In this document: in pieces, positions 31,870 through 42,722 of the stretch
How the letters are laid out: each line of letters starts with the position of its first letter
How positions within the stretch are numbered: position 1 is the stretch's first letter
Assembly: GCA_938092135.1 (NCBI GenBank)
Contig: CALLJL010000019.1
Coordinates: 27,211 to 91,210 of the forward strand
From: an uncultured bacterium
GTDB lineage: Bacteria > Acidobacteriota > Aminicenantia > Aminicenantales > CALLJL01
Direction of reading: 5' to 3'
DNA: 64,000 nt
Translations under genes and position numbers: made by a program
The notes under the pieces: generated by a model
The model's database searches: none
What the model saw: only the letters and a program-made list of their open reading frames with translations
Told to the model about the DNA's origin: nothing

Positions 31870-33138
31870 ATGAAAATAAGAAGAAAAAAAAGAAATCTTT
31901 TATTTTATTTAAATTCGCTTCTGGCCTGTTTGTTCTTCCTGGCCTTTGAGGTTAAAACCGATTCTAAGGATATAAAAACAGGAAAGGAGCAGGAATTTAA
32001 GCCTCGGCAGGAGACAACCAGGCTTATTCCCTTGGCGGTTAGGGTTTTTGAAGGAAACCATTTTGTCGATGATCTCGGTCTAGATGATTTTGAAATCTCC
32101 GTTGGTCATCGATTGGAAAAACCAGTAAGTTTGTTTCTCATAGATCGGAAGCAAATTCTAAGACAGGAAGGAGAATCAATTTCCTCGCCGGATTTAACCC
32201 GACACATCATTATCATGATGAAAATGATTGATTATCATCCCCAGCTCGCCCAAGCTATTGAGGATCTTTTTATTAACGAAATTTTAGTTGGCGATACTTT
32301 GCAAATCCAGACGCCGATGAAAAATTATATGATGGCTGCCGGTGCTCTGGAAAAAGTTCCTAGACCTGTCTTGATAAAAAATGCTCTGGAATTAGTCCGC
32401 AAAGATATCCTTCAGGGCAATATGCTATATAACAGTTTGCTTAATGAACTTAAAAGATTTGTCCGGAGAATTAGCGGCGTTAGCGCTTTCGAAACTGAGG
32501 AACTTGGCGGTATAAGTGAAGATCTTGGCTTGCCCTTTCTTTTCCAAAATTATCGAGTGAATATGCAGAAACTTGAGGCTTTGCGTCGGATTGATGAAAA
32601 TCAACTCATTCAATTTGCCAGCCAAATGCAGAAGATACCTGGTCAGAAATTCATTTTCTATTTTTATCAGCGGGAATTTCTTCCTGAAATAAACCCAGCC
32701 AAAATGAATGAATTGCTAAGTATGTATCAGGATGAGCCAAATATTATCGGTGAACTCCAGGACCTCTTTCAGCAATTCCATCGACCTCTAACCTTCAATA
32801 CTCCCAGGCTTGAGGAAGCTTTTGCTTGTTCTGAAGCTCAATTGAATTTTCTTTTCCTCAACAAAGACGCTCCTAAGATAGCCGGCTTAGTGATGAGAGA
32901 AAGGTCTGAAGATATTTTCAAATTGATGAGTAATATCGCTAGGGCTACCGGCGGAATCACCGAAGCTTCCCAAAATCCTGAAGCTGCCTTGAAAAAAGCC
33001 TTTGCCTTAGCCTCAAAATATTATCTTCTCTATCTTGAACCTAAGGAAGAATTATGGGCCTCAATCTTTAACCCGGTGACGGTCAAAGTTAAAAGAGAAA
33101 ACATTGCCATTATGACCAGGCTCGGCTTCTCCCTCTAA
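31870..33138 (+). CDS. Secreted hypothetical protein, VWA-related
   Basis: Signal-like N terminus, V.DLGLDDFEI, IPGQKFIFYF, IARATGG, YYLLYLEP pattern resembles Acidobacteria-type VWFA-related proteins. Confidence 0.5.
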   Translation: MKIRRKKRNLLFYLNSLLACLFFLAFEVKTDSKDIKTGKEQEFKPRQETTRLIPLAVRVFEGNHFVDDLGLDDFEISVGHRLEKPVSLFLIDRKQILRQEGESISSPDLTRHIIIMMKMIDYHPQLAQAIEDLFINEILVGDTLQIQTPMKNYMMAAGALEKVPRPVLIKNALELVRKDILQGNMLYNSLLNELKRFVRRISGVSAFETEELGGISEDLGLPFLFQNYRVNMQKLEALRRIDENQLIQFASQMQKIPGQKFIFYFYQREFLPEINPAKMNELLSMYQDEPNIIGELQDLFQQFHRPLTFNTPRLEEAFACSEAQLNFLFLNKDAPKIAGLVMRERSEDIFKLMSNIARATGGITEASQNPEAALKKAFALASKYYLLYLEPKEELWASIFNPVTVKVKRENIAIMTRLGFSL

Positions 33139-33445
33139 AATGGGGACACAAACATTTTTTCTAATTAGACATTTAGATATATAAATTACCTGAATTAAAG
33201 AAATCACCCAATCAAAGAGAAAGCTTTTTCTATTATTCAATTTAAATTAAGGCTCTAAAAATAAAAGGTCTATAGAAAAAAATGGAAATACAAAAATCAA
33301 ATTATAACGATTTTCTAGCTATATTGTAAAAAGCTCAGACCTAAGATAAAAATATTTTAAGCTTATTAGGGTTAAGAATGGGAATATATAAATAAGATTT
33401 TCTATCATGGCTGGCTCTACTCGATGCAGGCCCAAATAAAGTTAA

Positions 33446-33474
33446 TTGAGTTGAAGAGTTGATTAAGCTATAAT
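33446..33474 (+). promoter_or_regulatory. Sigma70 promoter of tRNA-Pro
   Basis: TTGAGT-17nt-TATAAT, 11 nt upstream of the tRNA. Confidence 0.65.
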
Positions 33475-33485
33475 TTTTATCTTCC

Positions 33486-33560
33486 CGGGGAGTAGCGCAG
33501 CCTGGTTAGCGCACAGCGTTCGGGACGCTGGGGTCATGGGTTCGAATCCCATCTCCCCGA
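33486..33560 (+). tRNA. tRNA-Pro(CGG)
   Basis: Acceptor CGGGGAG/CTCCCCG-A, anticodon arm CAGCG-TTCGGGA-CGCTG, T loop TTCGAAT; no encoded CCA. Confidence 0.96.
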
Positions 33561-33789
33561 TTTAAAATTTCTCGCCTAAATGCTCTTATCAACCACATTT
33601 CATAGGCAATAATTTAAATTTTTAAAAACAAAAAATTCTTTTTTAAGAATATCAAGCTGCTCGCCAAAAAAGGAAGAGGTAGCGAAATAGGTTGAAGAAT
33701 TTTTTATAAAAAATAAAAATTGCCTCAATTTATAGCCTGAAGAAAGCTGCCTGGCCTAATTTTTTCAGGCGATTAATTTCAGGTGATAA

Positions 33790-34869
33790 TTAAAACTTTA
33801 TCTCGACCAATTTAAGTTCATAGCTTCTGAAGCCAAGACCGATTTCTTCTCCGTATTTCAATTGAACCGACCAGTCAAGGTCATAACCTTCTTTCAGCAC
33901 ATCCCGTCGAGCTTCCTTTAAAACCAAGTCAACTGAAGCTTGGTCCAAGGCCACTGGATCATAGGAAGCCAGCATGCCTATATCCTCAACAATGGAGGGC
34001 TGATTTTTGGCCAAGCAATCGCAATCTTTAGTAATTTGCAAGAGGAAATTCAAAAAAACAATTTTTGGACCAAAATAATTCCTCAAAGCTAGGGCATATT
34101 CGACCATTTTCTCCTGAATCCGACGGCTGTCCTCATCCCAGCGCATCCTAATGGCCCCAACTTTGCAAATAACCAAACACTCCCCGCAACCAAGGCAGCG
34201 TTCATCAATAATTTTAGCCACTCCACTTTCCTGGATAATGGCTTGAGCTGGACAGTTAGTCAAGCAAAGGCCGCAATTGGTACAGTATTTAGGATTAACC
34301 CTCGGGTGGACCTCTGAGTGCTGTTCCAATTTGCCAGCCCTCGAAGCACAGCCCATACCTAAATTCTTAATGGCACAGCCGAAACCAGTCTGGACATGAC
34401 CGGTAAAATGACTCAGCACTATCAGAGCGTCGGCCAGAATAATTGATTTAGCAATCTTGGCTGATTTAATTCTCCGCCCATTTATTTTTATTTCCCCATC
34501 CTCAGCTCCAAGAAGACCGTCGGCAATGATCACTGGCAAGCCAGTGCCCTCATAGGTAAAACCATGTTCAGCTGCTTGCCGCAGATGATTGACTGCATTA
34601 GATCTTTCCCCCACATAAAGCGTATTAGAATCAGTAAAAAAGGCTCTGGAAGTCTTTTCTTTTATCCGCTCAATAATTCCTCTGAGCCAGGCCGGTTTGA
34701 TATAGCCTGTATTACCCTTCTCGCCAAAATGGATTTTCAGGCCGACAAAATCATTCTGGCTGATTCGGTCCTGAAAACCAGTCATGGAGTAAATCTTTTC
34801 AGCCTTAGCGGCAATAATTTCTGTTCCTTCTTCTCTTTTGGCCGGAATAAAATAAACCTGACTCTTCAT
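33790..34869 (-). CDS. DUF362 protein with 2x[4Fe-4S] ferredoxin domain
   Basis: KIHFGEKGN, IIADGL, SHFTGH..GFG.AIKNLGMGCASRAGK, two CxxCxxCxxxC motifs, DCDC, DPVALDQA; the MKSQV start avoids overlap with the upstream gene. Confidence 0.85.
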   Translation of the reverse strand: MKSQVYFIPAKREEGTEIIAAKAEKIYSMTGFQDRISQNDFVGLKIHFGEKGNTGYIKPAWLRGIIERIKEKTSRAFFTDSNTLYVGERSNAVNHLRQAAEHGFTYEGTGLPVIIADGLLGAEDGEIKINGRRIKSAKIAKSIILADALIVLSHFTGHVQTGFGCAIKNLGMGCASRAGKLEQHSEVHPRVNPKYCTNCGLCLTNCPAQAIIQESGVAKIIDERCLGCGECLVICKVGAIRMRWDEDSRRIQEKMVEYALALRNYFGPKIVFLNFLLQITKDCDCLAKNQPSIVEDIGMLASYDPVALDQASVDLVLKEARRDVLKEGYDLDWSVQLKYGEEIGLGFRSYELKLVEIKF

Positions 34870-34870
34870 T

Positions 34871-36025
34871 TCAGGAAGGTTTTTTCCCCTCAAGATATAG
34901 TTTTGCAGCTTCAACTGCAGCGCCAGCTTTTAAAGGAAAATTCATAGAAATCATAGTCTTTTCGATGGCTTCGAGAGCAAAAATAACTTGTTCTTGAGAT
35001 AAATTACCCATGTGGCCCATCCTGAAAACCAGGCCAGCCGTCGGTCCAAGACCGCCGGCCACCACAATTCCCTTTTCATAGAGACTTTCCCTGAACCGCT
35101 TATCATTCATTCCTTCTTGATAGCGAACAACGGAGAGAGTGGGGGCAAGAAAAGCCTCATGGGTAAAAAAGGAAAAGCCCATTTCCCTAAGGGCAGCCCG
35201 AATAGCTCTGGCTATCAGCCGATGCCGCTCAAATCGTTTTTCCAGGCCCTCTTCCAAAACAATCTGCGTGGCCTCATAAAAGGCCCTAATTTCATTTACA
35301 CAGGGAGTAGAAAAATATTTTGACGGATCTTTCATGATGGGTAACCAGCGGAGCAAATCAGAATAATAGGCGGGTATTGACTTCATCGCTTTTCTTTTTT
35401 CCATGGCTCTTGGAGAAAGAACTAAGATGGAAAGACCAGGGGGAGCTCCAAAACACTTCTGGGCAGCCGTTAAAATAACATCAATCCCCCAAGAATCCAT
35501 GAATTCTTCCATTCCGCCGGTAGCGCAAACTCCGTCAACAATGAAAAGCTCTTCCCTGTTACGAAGCAAAGCGGCATATTGGTCAATGGGCGCACAAGTT
35601 CCGGTGGCCGTATCCACATGAGTTGCAATAACGGCTGCGTAAGAAGTTAGTTTTAACTTTTTCTCTAAATCTTCAGGGTAAATTCCCTGCCCCCATGGAG
35701 AGGCTAATATCTCGGCCTCAAGATCAAAGGCCCTAAAGATTTCGGCCATTCTTTCTCCGAAATAGCCGTGGGAAATAATCAGGGCCTTCTCGCCTCTGGC
35801 CACAGTATTTAGAACCGCCATCTCCATGGCTAAGGTTCCTGCCCCAGCGATGATAAAGGCTTCACCATTAGCGCAATCAACAATTTTCTTTAGATTTTCC
35901 ACAGCCCCCTTTAGTTCAGCCACCATCTCTGGCCCAACATGAGAAACTGTGGGCAAGGACAAGCGATTGATAATTCGGGGATGAACCGGACTCGGTCCGG
36001 GAATCAATAGCAACTTCTCTTTCAT
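34871..36025 (-). CDS. Class V PLP aminotransferase (serine-pyruvate/alanine-glyoxylate type)
   Basis: IPGPSP, GTLAME, GYFGER, HVDTATG, VDGV, TAAQKCFGAPPG, FRMGHMG. Confidence 0.9.
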   Translation of the reverse strand: MKEKLLLIPGPSPVHPRIINRLSLPTVSHVGPEMVAELKGAVENLKKIVDCANGEAFIIAGAGTLAMEMAVLNTVARGEKALIISHGYFGERMAEIFRAFDLEAEILASPWGQGIYPEDLEKKLKLTSYAAVIATHVDTATGTCAPIDQYAALLRNREELFIVDGVCATGGMEEFMDSWGIDVILTAAQKCFGAPPGLSILVLSPRAMEKRKAMKSIPAYYSDLLRWLPIMKDPSKYFSTPCVNEIRAFYEATQIVLEEGLEKRFERHRLIARAIRAALREMGFSFFTHEAFLAPTLSVVRYQEGMNDKRFRESLYEKGIVVAGGLGPTAGLVFRMGHMGNLSQEQVIFALEAIEKTMISMNFPLKAGAAVEAAKLYLEGKKPS

Positions 36026-36130
36026 TGTGGGCCTTCCTTATTGATTTAAATGAAAAAACATTTTGGCTCAACCTCATTCATAAATCAAGATGAAATTATT
36101 ATAATTGGCTCAAGGTAAAGGGAGGTAAGC

Positions 36131-37459
36131 ATGAAAAAATCTATATATCTATCCTGGGTTCCGTTAATTTTGGTTTTATTAATCTTAATCTCTTTTTATT
36201 CAACCTTTTCCTATCCCCAAGCCTATGTCCCTACTGAAAGTAATCTTAAAGCTCGGGAATGGTTCCAGAAGGCTAAATTCGGACTTTTCATTCACTGGGG
36301 CCTATATTCTATTCTGGGAGATGGTGAATGGGTCATGTTTAATCGCCGAATTCCAGCTGCCGATTACGAAAAACTCACTCAATTTTTTAATCCCATAGCC
36401 TTTGATCCCAAGGAATGGGTTTCTTTAGCCAAGGAAGCTGGAATGCGCTACATTGTCATTACTTCAAGACATCACGATGGCTTTAGTCTTTTTGCGACAA
36501 AAGCTACAAATTACAATGTGGTTAAAGCTACACCCTATGGTCGTGATGTTCTTAAAATGCTGGCTGAGGAGTGCCAACGTCAGGGAATAAAACTCGGCTT
36601 CTATTACTCCCTCCTTGATTGGCATCATCCCGATTATGTTCCAAGAACACCTTCCGGCGAGCTCTTAAAGCGGACAGGTAAAGGCGATTGGTCCCGTTAC
36701 CTTGATTTTATGAAGACTCAGCTGAAGGAATTGCTGACCAATTATGGGGAAATTCTGTGCATCTGGCTTGATGGCCACTGGGACAGTCCCCAAGCCGACT
36801 GGAGCTATAACGAACTTTATAATCTTATCCATTCTCTCCAACCTCAGGTTCTAATCGGTAATAACCACCATACCTCTCCTTTTCCTGGCGAAGATTTTCA
36901 AATGTTTGAGAAAGATTTGCCAGGTGGTCGAACCCAGATATTTAATGTGGATCAGCCCGTAAGCTCTCTTCCCTTAGAGATGTGCGAAACCATTAACAAT
37001 TCCTGGGGTTTTAATATTAATGACCGCCATTATAAAAGCCCAAAAGAACTTATTCATCTTCTGGTTAAAGCGGCTGGCCACGATGCCAATCTTCTCCTTA
37101 ATGTAGGCCCAATGCCCAATGGTCGGATTCAACCTGAATTTATCGATCGATTGCTTGAAGTTGGACGGTGGCTCCGGGTCTATGGGGAATCTATTTATGG
37201 CACAAGAGGTGGACCTCTGCGGCCGCAGCCCTGGGGAGTCACGACGAGGAAAGAACGATTTGTCTTTGTCCATCTCCTTAATTATGAAGAACAGGCTCTC
37301 CTTCTTCCCGGATTTAATCTTCCCCTAAAGCAAGCCACTCTTCTGAAAAATGGCCAGAAAGTAAGCTTTCGCCTTCTGCCTGAAGGCCTGATTTTGAATC
37401 TACGGGGCCTTGAAAAAGACCCTATTGACACTGTCATTCGCCTCGAAATATCGCTTTGA
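36131..37459 (+). CDS. Alpha-L-fucosidase (GH29), secreted
   Basis: KFGLFIHWGLYS, FDPKEW, HHDGF, YYSLLDWHHP, IWLDG, SWGF, NLLLNVGP..G.I, GESIYGTR. Confidence 0.93.
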   Translation: MKKSIYLSWVPLILVLLILISFYSTFSYPQAYVPTESNLKAREWFQKAKFGLFIHWGLYSILGDGEWVMFNRRIPAADYEKLTQFFNPIAFDPKEWVSLAKEAGMRYIVITSRHHDGFSLFATKATNYNVVKATPYGRDVLKMLAEECQRQGIKLGFYYSLLDWHHPDYVPRTPSGELLKRTGKGDWSRYLDFMKTQLKELLTNYGEILCIWLDGHWDSPQADWSYNELYNLIHSLQPQVLIGNNHHTSPFPGEDFQMFEKDLPGGRTQIFNVDQPVSSLPLEMCETINNSWGFNINDRHYKSPKELIHLLVKAAGHDANLLLNVGPMPNGRIQPEFIDRLLEVGRWLRVYGESIYGTRGGPLRPQPWGVTTRKERFVFVHLLNYEEQALLLPGFNLPLKQATLLKNGQKVSFRLLPEGLILNLRGLEKDPIDTVIRLEISL

Positions 37460-37499
37460 AATAAAAAAAATTAGGTTATGAAAGGATTTAGAAAAAACC

Positions 37500-39851
37500 A
37501 TGAAATTTAAAAAGTTATTTTTCCCTTTCCGAAAATTAATTTTTAATCTTTCTAGCCACCTCTTCCTTTTTCTTTTGGCGGCAAACCTATTACTCCTATC
37601 TTTCCTTGCCGCTGAATCATTCCGCCTGAATCAAATCAACCTTATTCCTCAGCCTTTCTCGATACAAAGGGGGAAAGGTACTTTAAATCTTAGCGAAAGA
37701 AGCAAAATTATTATCAGCCAAAGACATCACGAAGTCTTAGAGATAGCTAACGAATTTCAATCGAGGCTCCGTCAAGCTACTAGCTGGCCCTGGGAAATTA
37801 AAGATACGACGCAGATCAATTCACTTCGGGGGCATATCTTCCTCCGTTTACTGCCGACCAAAAAAACCTTGGCGCCGAAGGCTATGAATTAAGAATAAAT
37901 TCAAGCAATATCCTTATTGATGCTTCTACACCAGCCGGCCTTTTTTATGGTCTTCAAACTCTCTGGCAAGTATTCCCTGCTTCTTTTGAAAGCTTTCTCG
38001 CTCCATCTTCTAATCAACAGCTTGAAGGACAAAATAGACCTTTTTCTGCTTCCTTATCGCTTCCTTTGATCCATATCATCGATAAACCCCGCTTTCGCTG
38101 GCGGGGAGTTCATCTTGACTGTTCTCGTCACTTTTTCCCAAAGAGTGGATAATGAAATTGCTGGATGTGGCTTCAAGCTATAAGCTTAACACTTTTCATT
38201 GGCATCTTACCGATGATCAGGGCTGGAGAATTGAAATCAAAAAGTATCCTCGGCTCACCGAAATTGGCGCCTGGCGCCGGGAAACAATGGAAGATGGCCA
38301 GCCCTATGGTGGTTTCTATACTCAGGAAGAAATAAAGGAACTTATTGCTTATGCTCGCCGTCGCTTTATAACGATTGTCCCTGAAATTGAAATGCCTGGC
38401 CATTGTCTGGCTGCTCTCGCTGCTTATCCTGAATTGAGCTGCTCTGGCGGACCCTTTAAAGTTAGTGCCGAATGGGGAGTAATGAACGATGTTTTCTGCG
38501 CCGGCTCTGAAGAAACCTTTACCTTTCTGGAAAATGTCCTCAGTGAGGTTATAGAACTTTTCCCCGTGAATACATTCACATTGGTGGCGATGAGGTACCA
38601 AAGGTTCGCTGGCGAAACTGCGTTCGTTGTCAGGCCAGAATGAAAGCCGAGGGACTTAAAGATGAAAGCGAACTTCAGAGCTATTTCATTAGGCGAATTG
38701 AAACTTTTCTTAACAGCCAAGGAAGACGCTTAATTGGCTGGGATGAAATTCTTGAAGGAGGCCTGGCACCCCGCGCCACAGTTATGAGCTGGCGAGGTTT
38801 TTTCGGAGGAATTGCTGCGGCTCGAGCAGGTCATGATGTGATTATGAGTCCAACTTCCCATTGTTATTTTGATTATTATCAGGGCCAAGTGGATGAACCC
38901 AAAGCCATTGGGGGTTTTTTGCCGCTGGAAAAAGTCTATTCCTTTGAACCCATCCCACCTGAACTTAAGCCCGAAGAAGCTGCTCACGTTCTTGGAGCTC
39001 AAGCTAATCTCTGGACTGAATATATTAAAACCCCTGAACATGCTGAATACATGCTTTTTCCCCGCCTTCTTGCTTTAGCTGAGGTTATTTGGAGTCCGAA
39101 GAAGAAAGATTGGGCTGATTTTCAAAAGCGCCTTGTGGCCCATTATGACCGCCTGGCCTTTAAAGGGATTAGCTTCAGGGTCCCTCCGCCTGAGGGTATA
39201 GGTGGCCGAAAATGGTCAAAAGAAAAAATAAATTTAGTCCTCGTTACCCCTGTACCCGGAGCCAAAATTGTTTATACCTTAGATGGAGGATTTCCCAATG
39301 AAAATTCTTTAGTCTATACTTCTCCTTTAGAAATTTCGGGCAATGTAATTCTCCGCTCAGCCACCCTTCTTCCCAATGGTCGGATGAGTCATCCAGTCTC
39401 AATGTATTTTTTCCAGGTAGACGAAAATCTTAACGGTCTTGATTATGATTATTTCGAAGGCAAATGGGAAAAGTTACCCGATCTCGATAAAGAAAAGCCT
39501 CTCTTTTCAGGTGTAACCTATGATTTGACTTTGGATGGCCTTAAGACAGCTGAGGATTATTTTGCTCTTCGCTTTCGGAGCACACTTTATCTTGATCAGG
39601 AAGGAGAATATATTTTTTATACTCGCGCTGATGACGGCGTAAGATTGAAAATAAATGATTTGATTGTAGTTGATAATTGGGGTCTTTTCGGACAACGGGA
39701 ACTTAAGGGCCGCATCTATCTCAAGGCAGGTGGGCATCGCCTTCAGGTTGATTATTTTGAAAAAAGAGGCGGGCAGTATCTTGAAATCTTTATTGAGGGG
39801 CCAAGACTTCCCTATCAACCCATTCCTCCGGCCCGCCTTTTTAGGAATTAA
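37500..39851 (+). CDS. Beta-N-acetylhexosaminidase (GH20) with C-terminal PA14-like domain, split by three frameshifts
   Basis: NLIPQP / LGAEGYEL..GLFYGLQTL, PRFRWRGVHLDCSRHFF / FHWHLTDDQGWR, PEIEMPGH / YIHIGGDE, IGWDE, QANLWTEYI, ADDG. Each break is a single missing base, near 37850, 38140 and 38565. Confidence 0.88.
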
Positions 39852-40101
39852 TAAAAGGCCAGTTTTTCAAAGAAAAAGAATTCAAGGGTAAAAATTGAAA
39901 AGAAGAAATCAACAATTTTAATCAATAATTTTATCAGGAATACTGACCGGAAAATTTTCTGGTTAGACTTATTAAAAAAAGATTTTTAAAATAAAAGGCC
40001 CAGATGCAAGAAAAAATTAAAATTTTTAACTCCCTTAAGGACAAATTTTATTGAGCCGAAGGCGATAGTCTTTTTTCAAATTTTATTAAGAGGCAGGCCC
40101 A

Positions 40102-41571
40102 ATGAAACTATTGGTTATAATAATTAACCTTGAGATGATTTTGCAAAACAGGATGAATGAGAGTCGTGTTAAAAATATTTTAATAACTAAAATTCCAAAG
40201 AGGATTGGAGACACTCGTTTCATCGCCATGACCTTTGCTTTTCTTCTTTTGCCTCTTTTTAGCCCCCTTCTTTTACCAGCTCAATCTTCCCTTGAAGAAA
40301 TATCTTCCAAGGCGGCTGATTATTTTCGAATTCAAAATGAGCTTGGCCGTTTCTCAGGGGCTGTTCTTATTGGCTCCAAGGGAAAAATAATTTTTGAAAG
40401 AGGCTATGGGTTAGCCAATTATGAACTTCAGGTACCGATTACTCCACGGACCAAATTCCGTCTGGGCTCACTCACCAAGGCTTTTACTGCCGCCGCTATT
40501 TTACAGTTAGCTGAAAAGGGGAAGCTCAGTCTTGATGATCAGGTGGCCCGATACTTATCTAATTATCCCCAGGCTGAAAAAATAACTATTCATCATCTGC
40601 TTACCCATACCTCAGGTATTCCCAATTTTACTGCCTTGCCTGAATATCAGAAATTCAAGCTCAATCCGACGACTCTGGACCGAACAATCAATCTCTTTCG
40701 ACAATTGCCCCTTGAATTTGAGCCAGGAACAAAATTTAGTTACAGCAACTCTAATTACATTCTTCTTACAGATATTATTGAAAAGGTTTCAGGCAAAAGT
40801 TATGCCGACTATTTGCGGGAAAATATCTTTCTTCCTCTAAATATGTTAGATACCTGCTACGACGATCCAAATAGGATTATAAAGTACCGTTCCCGAGGTT
40901 ATAGCCTTCGAAATGGTGATTTGATCAATGCCCCCCACATTGACATGTCTGTACCAGCTGGGGCTGGAGGTCTTCTTTCAACCGTAGAGGACCTCTTTGC
41001 CTGGGATCAGGGCCTTAGAAGTGAGCGGATTTTGACCGCCGCCTCCTTAGAAAAAATGTTCACTCCTTTTCTGAATGGCTATGCCTATGGCTGGGAGATA
41101 AAAAAAATTAATGGTCGCCTGATCGCCCAACACGGGGGGAGAATTGAAGGCTTTTTAAGTCAAATGGTCCGTTTCCTTGATGATGACCTTTGCTTAATTA
41201 TCCTAAGCAATTTTGATTTTGCCCCTCTTTCCCAATTCATAGAAGACATGCTTTCCCTCTTTTTAGGAAAACCGGTCACCTGGCCAAAAGAAAGAAAGGC
41301 TATTTCACTTCCGCCCGAAATTTTTAATCTCTATTGTGGTGAATATGAGTTCGCACCGAATTTATTAATTAAGATTTTTAGGGAAGGGAATCGTTACTGG
41401 GCTCAGGTCATCGGACAACCAAAGCTGGAAATTCTGCCTGAAAGTAAGACCAGTTTTTTTGTCCGTCTCATTGATGCCCAAATAAATTTTATCCTTGATT
41501 CAGAAGGAAAGCCTAATGCTCTTCTTCTTATTCAAGGAGGAAAAACTCACGAGGCCAAGAAGATTCGTTAG
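40102..41571 (+). CDS. Serine hydrolase (beta-lactamase/AmpC-like) with C-terminal DUF3471-like domain
   Basis: FRLGSLTK (SxxK), LLTHTSG, YSNSNY, AGGLLST, HGG; the true start may be downstream. Confidence 0.88.
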   Translation: MKLLVIIINLEMILQNRMNESRVKNILITKIPKRIGDTRFIAMTFAFLLLPLFSPLLLPAQSSLEEISSKAADYFRIQNELGRFSGAVLIGSKGKIIFERGYGLANYELQVPITPRTKFRLGSLTKAFTAAAILQLAEKGKLSLDDQVARYLSNYPQAEKITIHHLLTHTSGIPNFTALPEYQKFKLNPTTLDRTINLFRQLPLEFEPGTKFSYSNSNYILLTDIIEKVSGKSYADYLRENIFLPLNMLDTCYDDPNRIIKYRSRGYSLRNGDLINAPHIDMSVPAGAGGLLSTVEDLFAWDQGLRSERILTAASLEKMFTPFLNGYAYGWEIKKINGRLIAQHGGRIEGFLSQMVRFLDDDLCLIILSNFDFAPLSQFIEDMLSLFLGKPVTWPKERKAISLPPEIFNLYCGEYEFAPNLLIKIFREGNRYWAQVIGQPKLEILPESKTSFFVRLIDAQINFILDSEGKPNALLLIQGGKTHEAKKIR

Positions 41572-41573
41572 GA

Positions 41574-42701
41574 TCAACGAAGAATCTTGAGGAGACAATT
41601 AATAACAGTCTGCATTTGCCTTTGCTGTTTCTCCATTGAATGGAGAAGCTTAAACTGGGTTCTGGCCCGGACAAGATTGTGCTCAGGATATTTTGTTTTA
41701 AAATAAATATCACCTTCAAGGTAATCGGTTAAAAAACGCAGTCCGATAGTAAAAGTGATGAGCGGGCCAGCCATAAAGAGCAATTCTCTTTCGGGCTCGA
41801 CCAGGAGATCAGCAGTTTCAGAAAGATAACCCTCGGCTACGGCCTCAAAGAGATCCATGTCCATAGCCACAGCGTCGAGATCGGTTTCATCTTCAGCCGC
41901 CGCACAGGTCCCTGTTCGAACTAAGTCACCAAAATCATAAAGGGGTGAACCGGGCATGGTCGTATCCAAATCAATGACACATATGCCTTTGCCAGTTTCA
42001 TCATCAAAAAGAACGTTGTTGATTTTAGTGTCATTGTGACTGACCCTTACAGGCAACCTCCCTGAACTTAAGCCATCGGTCACTAGAGAAACAAGGGATT
42101 GCCTGCTTAAAGCAAAGGAAATAGTATCAGCTGCCCTGGCCTTTCTTTCCGGAGAAGCCTGCTCGATGGCCAGTAGAAAACGTTCAAAACGGCGGGGGGT
42201 GTGATGGAAATAGGGAATGGTTTCATGCAATTCCTGAGGCGAAAGATCAGCAATGAGTTTTTGAAAAAAACCAAAGGCTCGGCCAGCCTCAAAGGCCTGC
42301 TCAGGAGTAGTCGCAGTTTCAATGGTGTGACAGCCGTCAACATAATGATAAAGTCGCCAGTATTCTCCCTGGGGGGTCCGGTAATAACTTTGACCACTTT
42401 GGGTTAAAACTGGCCTGATACTTTTTTTTGATGTTTTTTCTCCTTCAAGCTCAATCAATTTCCTGTTAACATGTTGAGCGACCTTTTCCCAGTTGGCCAT
42501 CATCAATTCGGGCTCCTGAAATACGCGGGTATTAATCCGTTGCAGAGTATATTTTTTTATTTTTTCATCAGTTTTAATTTCGACAAGAAAGGTATCGTGG
42601 ATATGGCCTTGGCCAAGAGGGGAAAAACAAATAAGTGAACCCTCAACAATAAAGTTGGCCATAACTAATTCTATTTCCTTTTTCGTCAATTTCTTAACCA
42701 T
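41574..42701 (-). CDS. APH-fold sugar kinase (N-acetylhexosamine 1-kinase/AmgK-like)
   Basis: GQGHIHDT, LQRIN..VF, LHETIP.FH, HNDTKINNVLFD, VIDLDTTMPG, DFGDLVR, RFLTDYLEGD.YFK. Confidence 0.82.
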   Translation of the reverse strand: MVKKLTKKEIELVMANFIVEGSLICFSPLGQGHIHDTFLVEIKTDEKIKKYTLQRINTRVFQEPELMMANWEKVAQHVNRKLIELEGEKTSKKSIRPVLTQSGQSYYRTPQGEYWRLYHYVDGCHTIETATTPEQAFEAGRAFGFFQKLIADLSPQELHETIPYFHHTPRRFERFLLAIEQASPERKARAADTISFALSRQSLVSLVTDGLSSGRLPVRVSHNDTKINNVLFDDETGKGICVIDLDTTMPGSPLYDFGDLVRTGTCAAAEDETDLDAVAMDMDLFEAVAEGYLSETADLLVEPERELLFMAGPLITFTIGLRFLTDYLEGDIYFKTKYPEHNLVRARTQFKLLHSMEKQQRQMQTVINCLLKILR

Positions 42702-42722
42702 ATTTTTTGTTTTTGTTTTTAT

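Noticed and set aside
33139..33789. Genomic island or att site at tRNA-Pro(CGG)
   Set aside because: No integrase, no repeated tRNA end and no obvious compositional shift; the flanks are AT-rich spacer.
40102..42701. Antibiotic resistance pair (beta-lactamase plus aminoglycoside phosphotransferase)
   Set aside because: Only the folds are shared; motifs and context fit a generic serine hydrolase and a sugar kinase.
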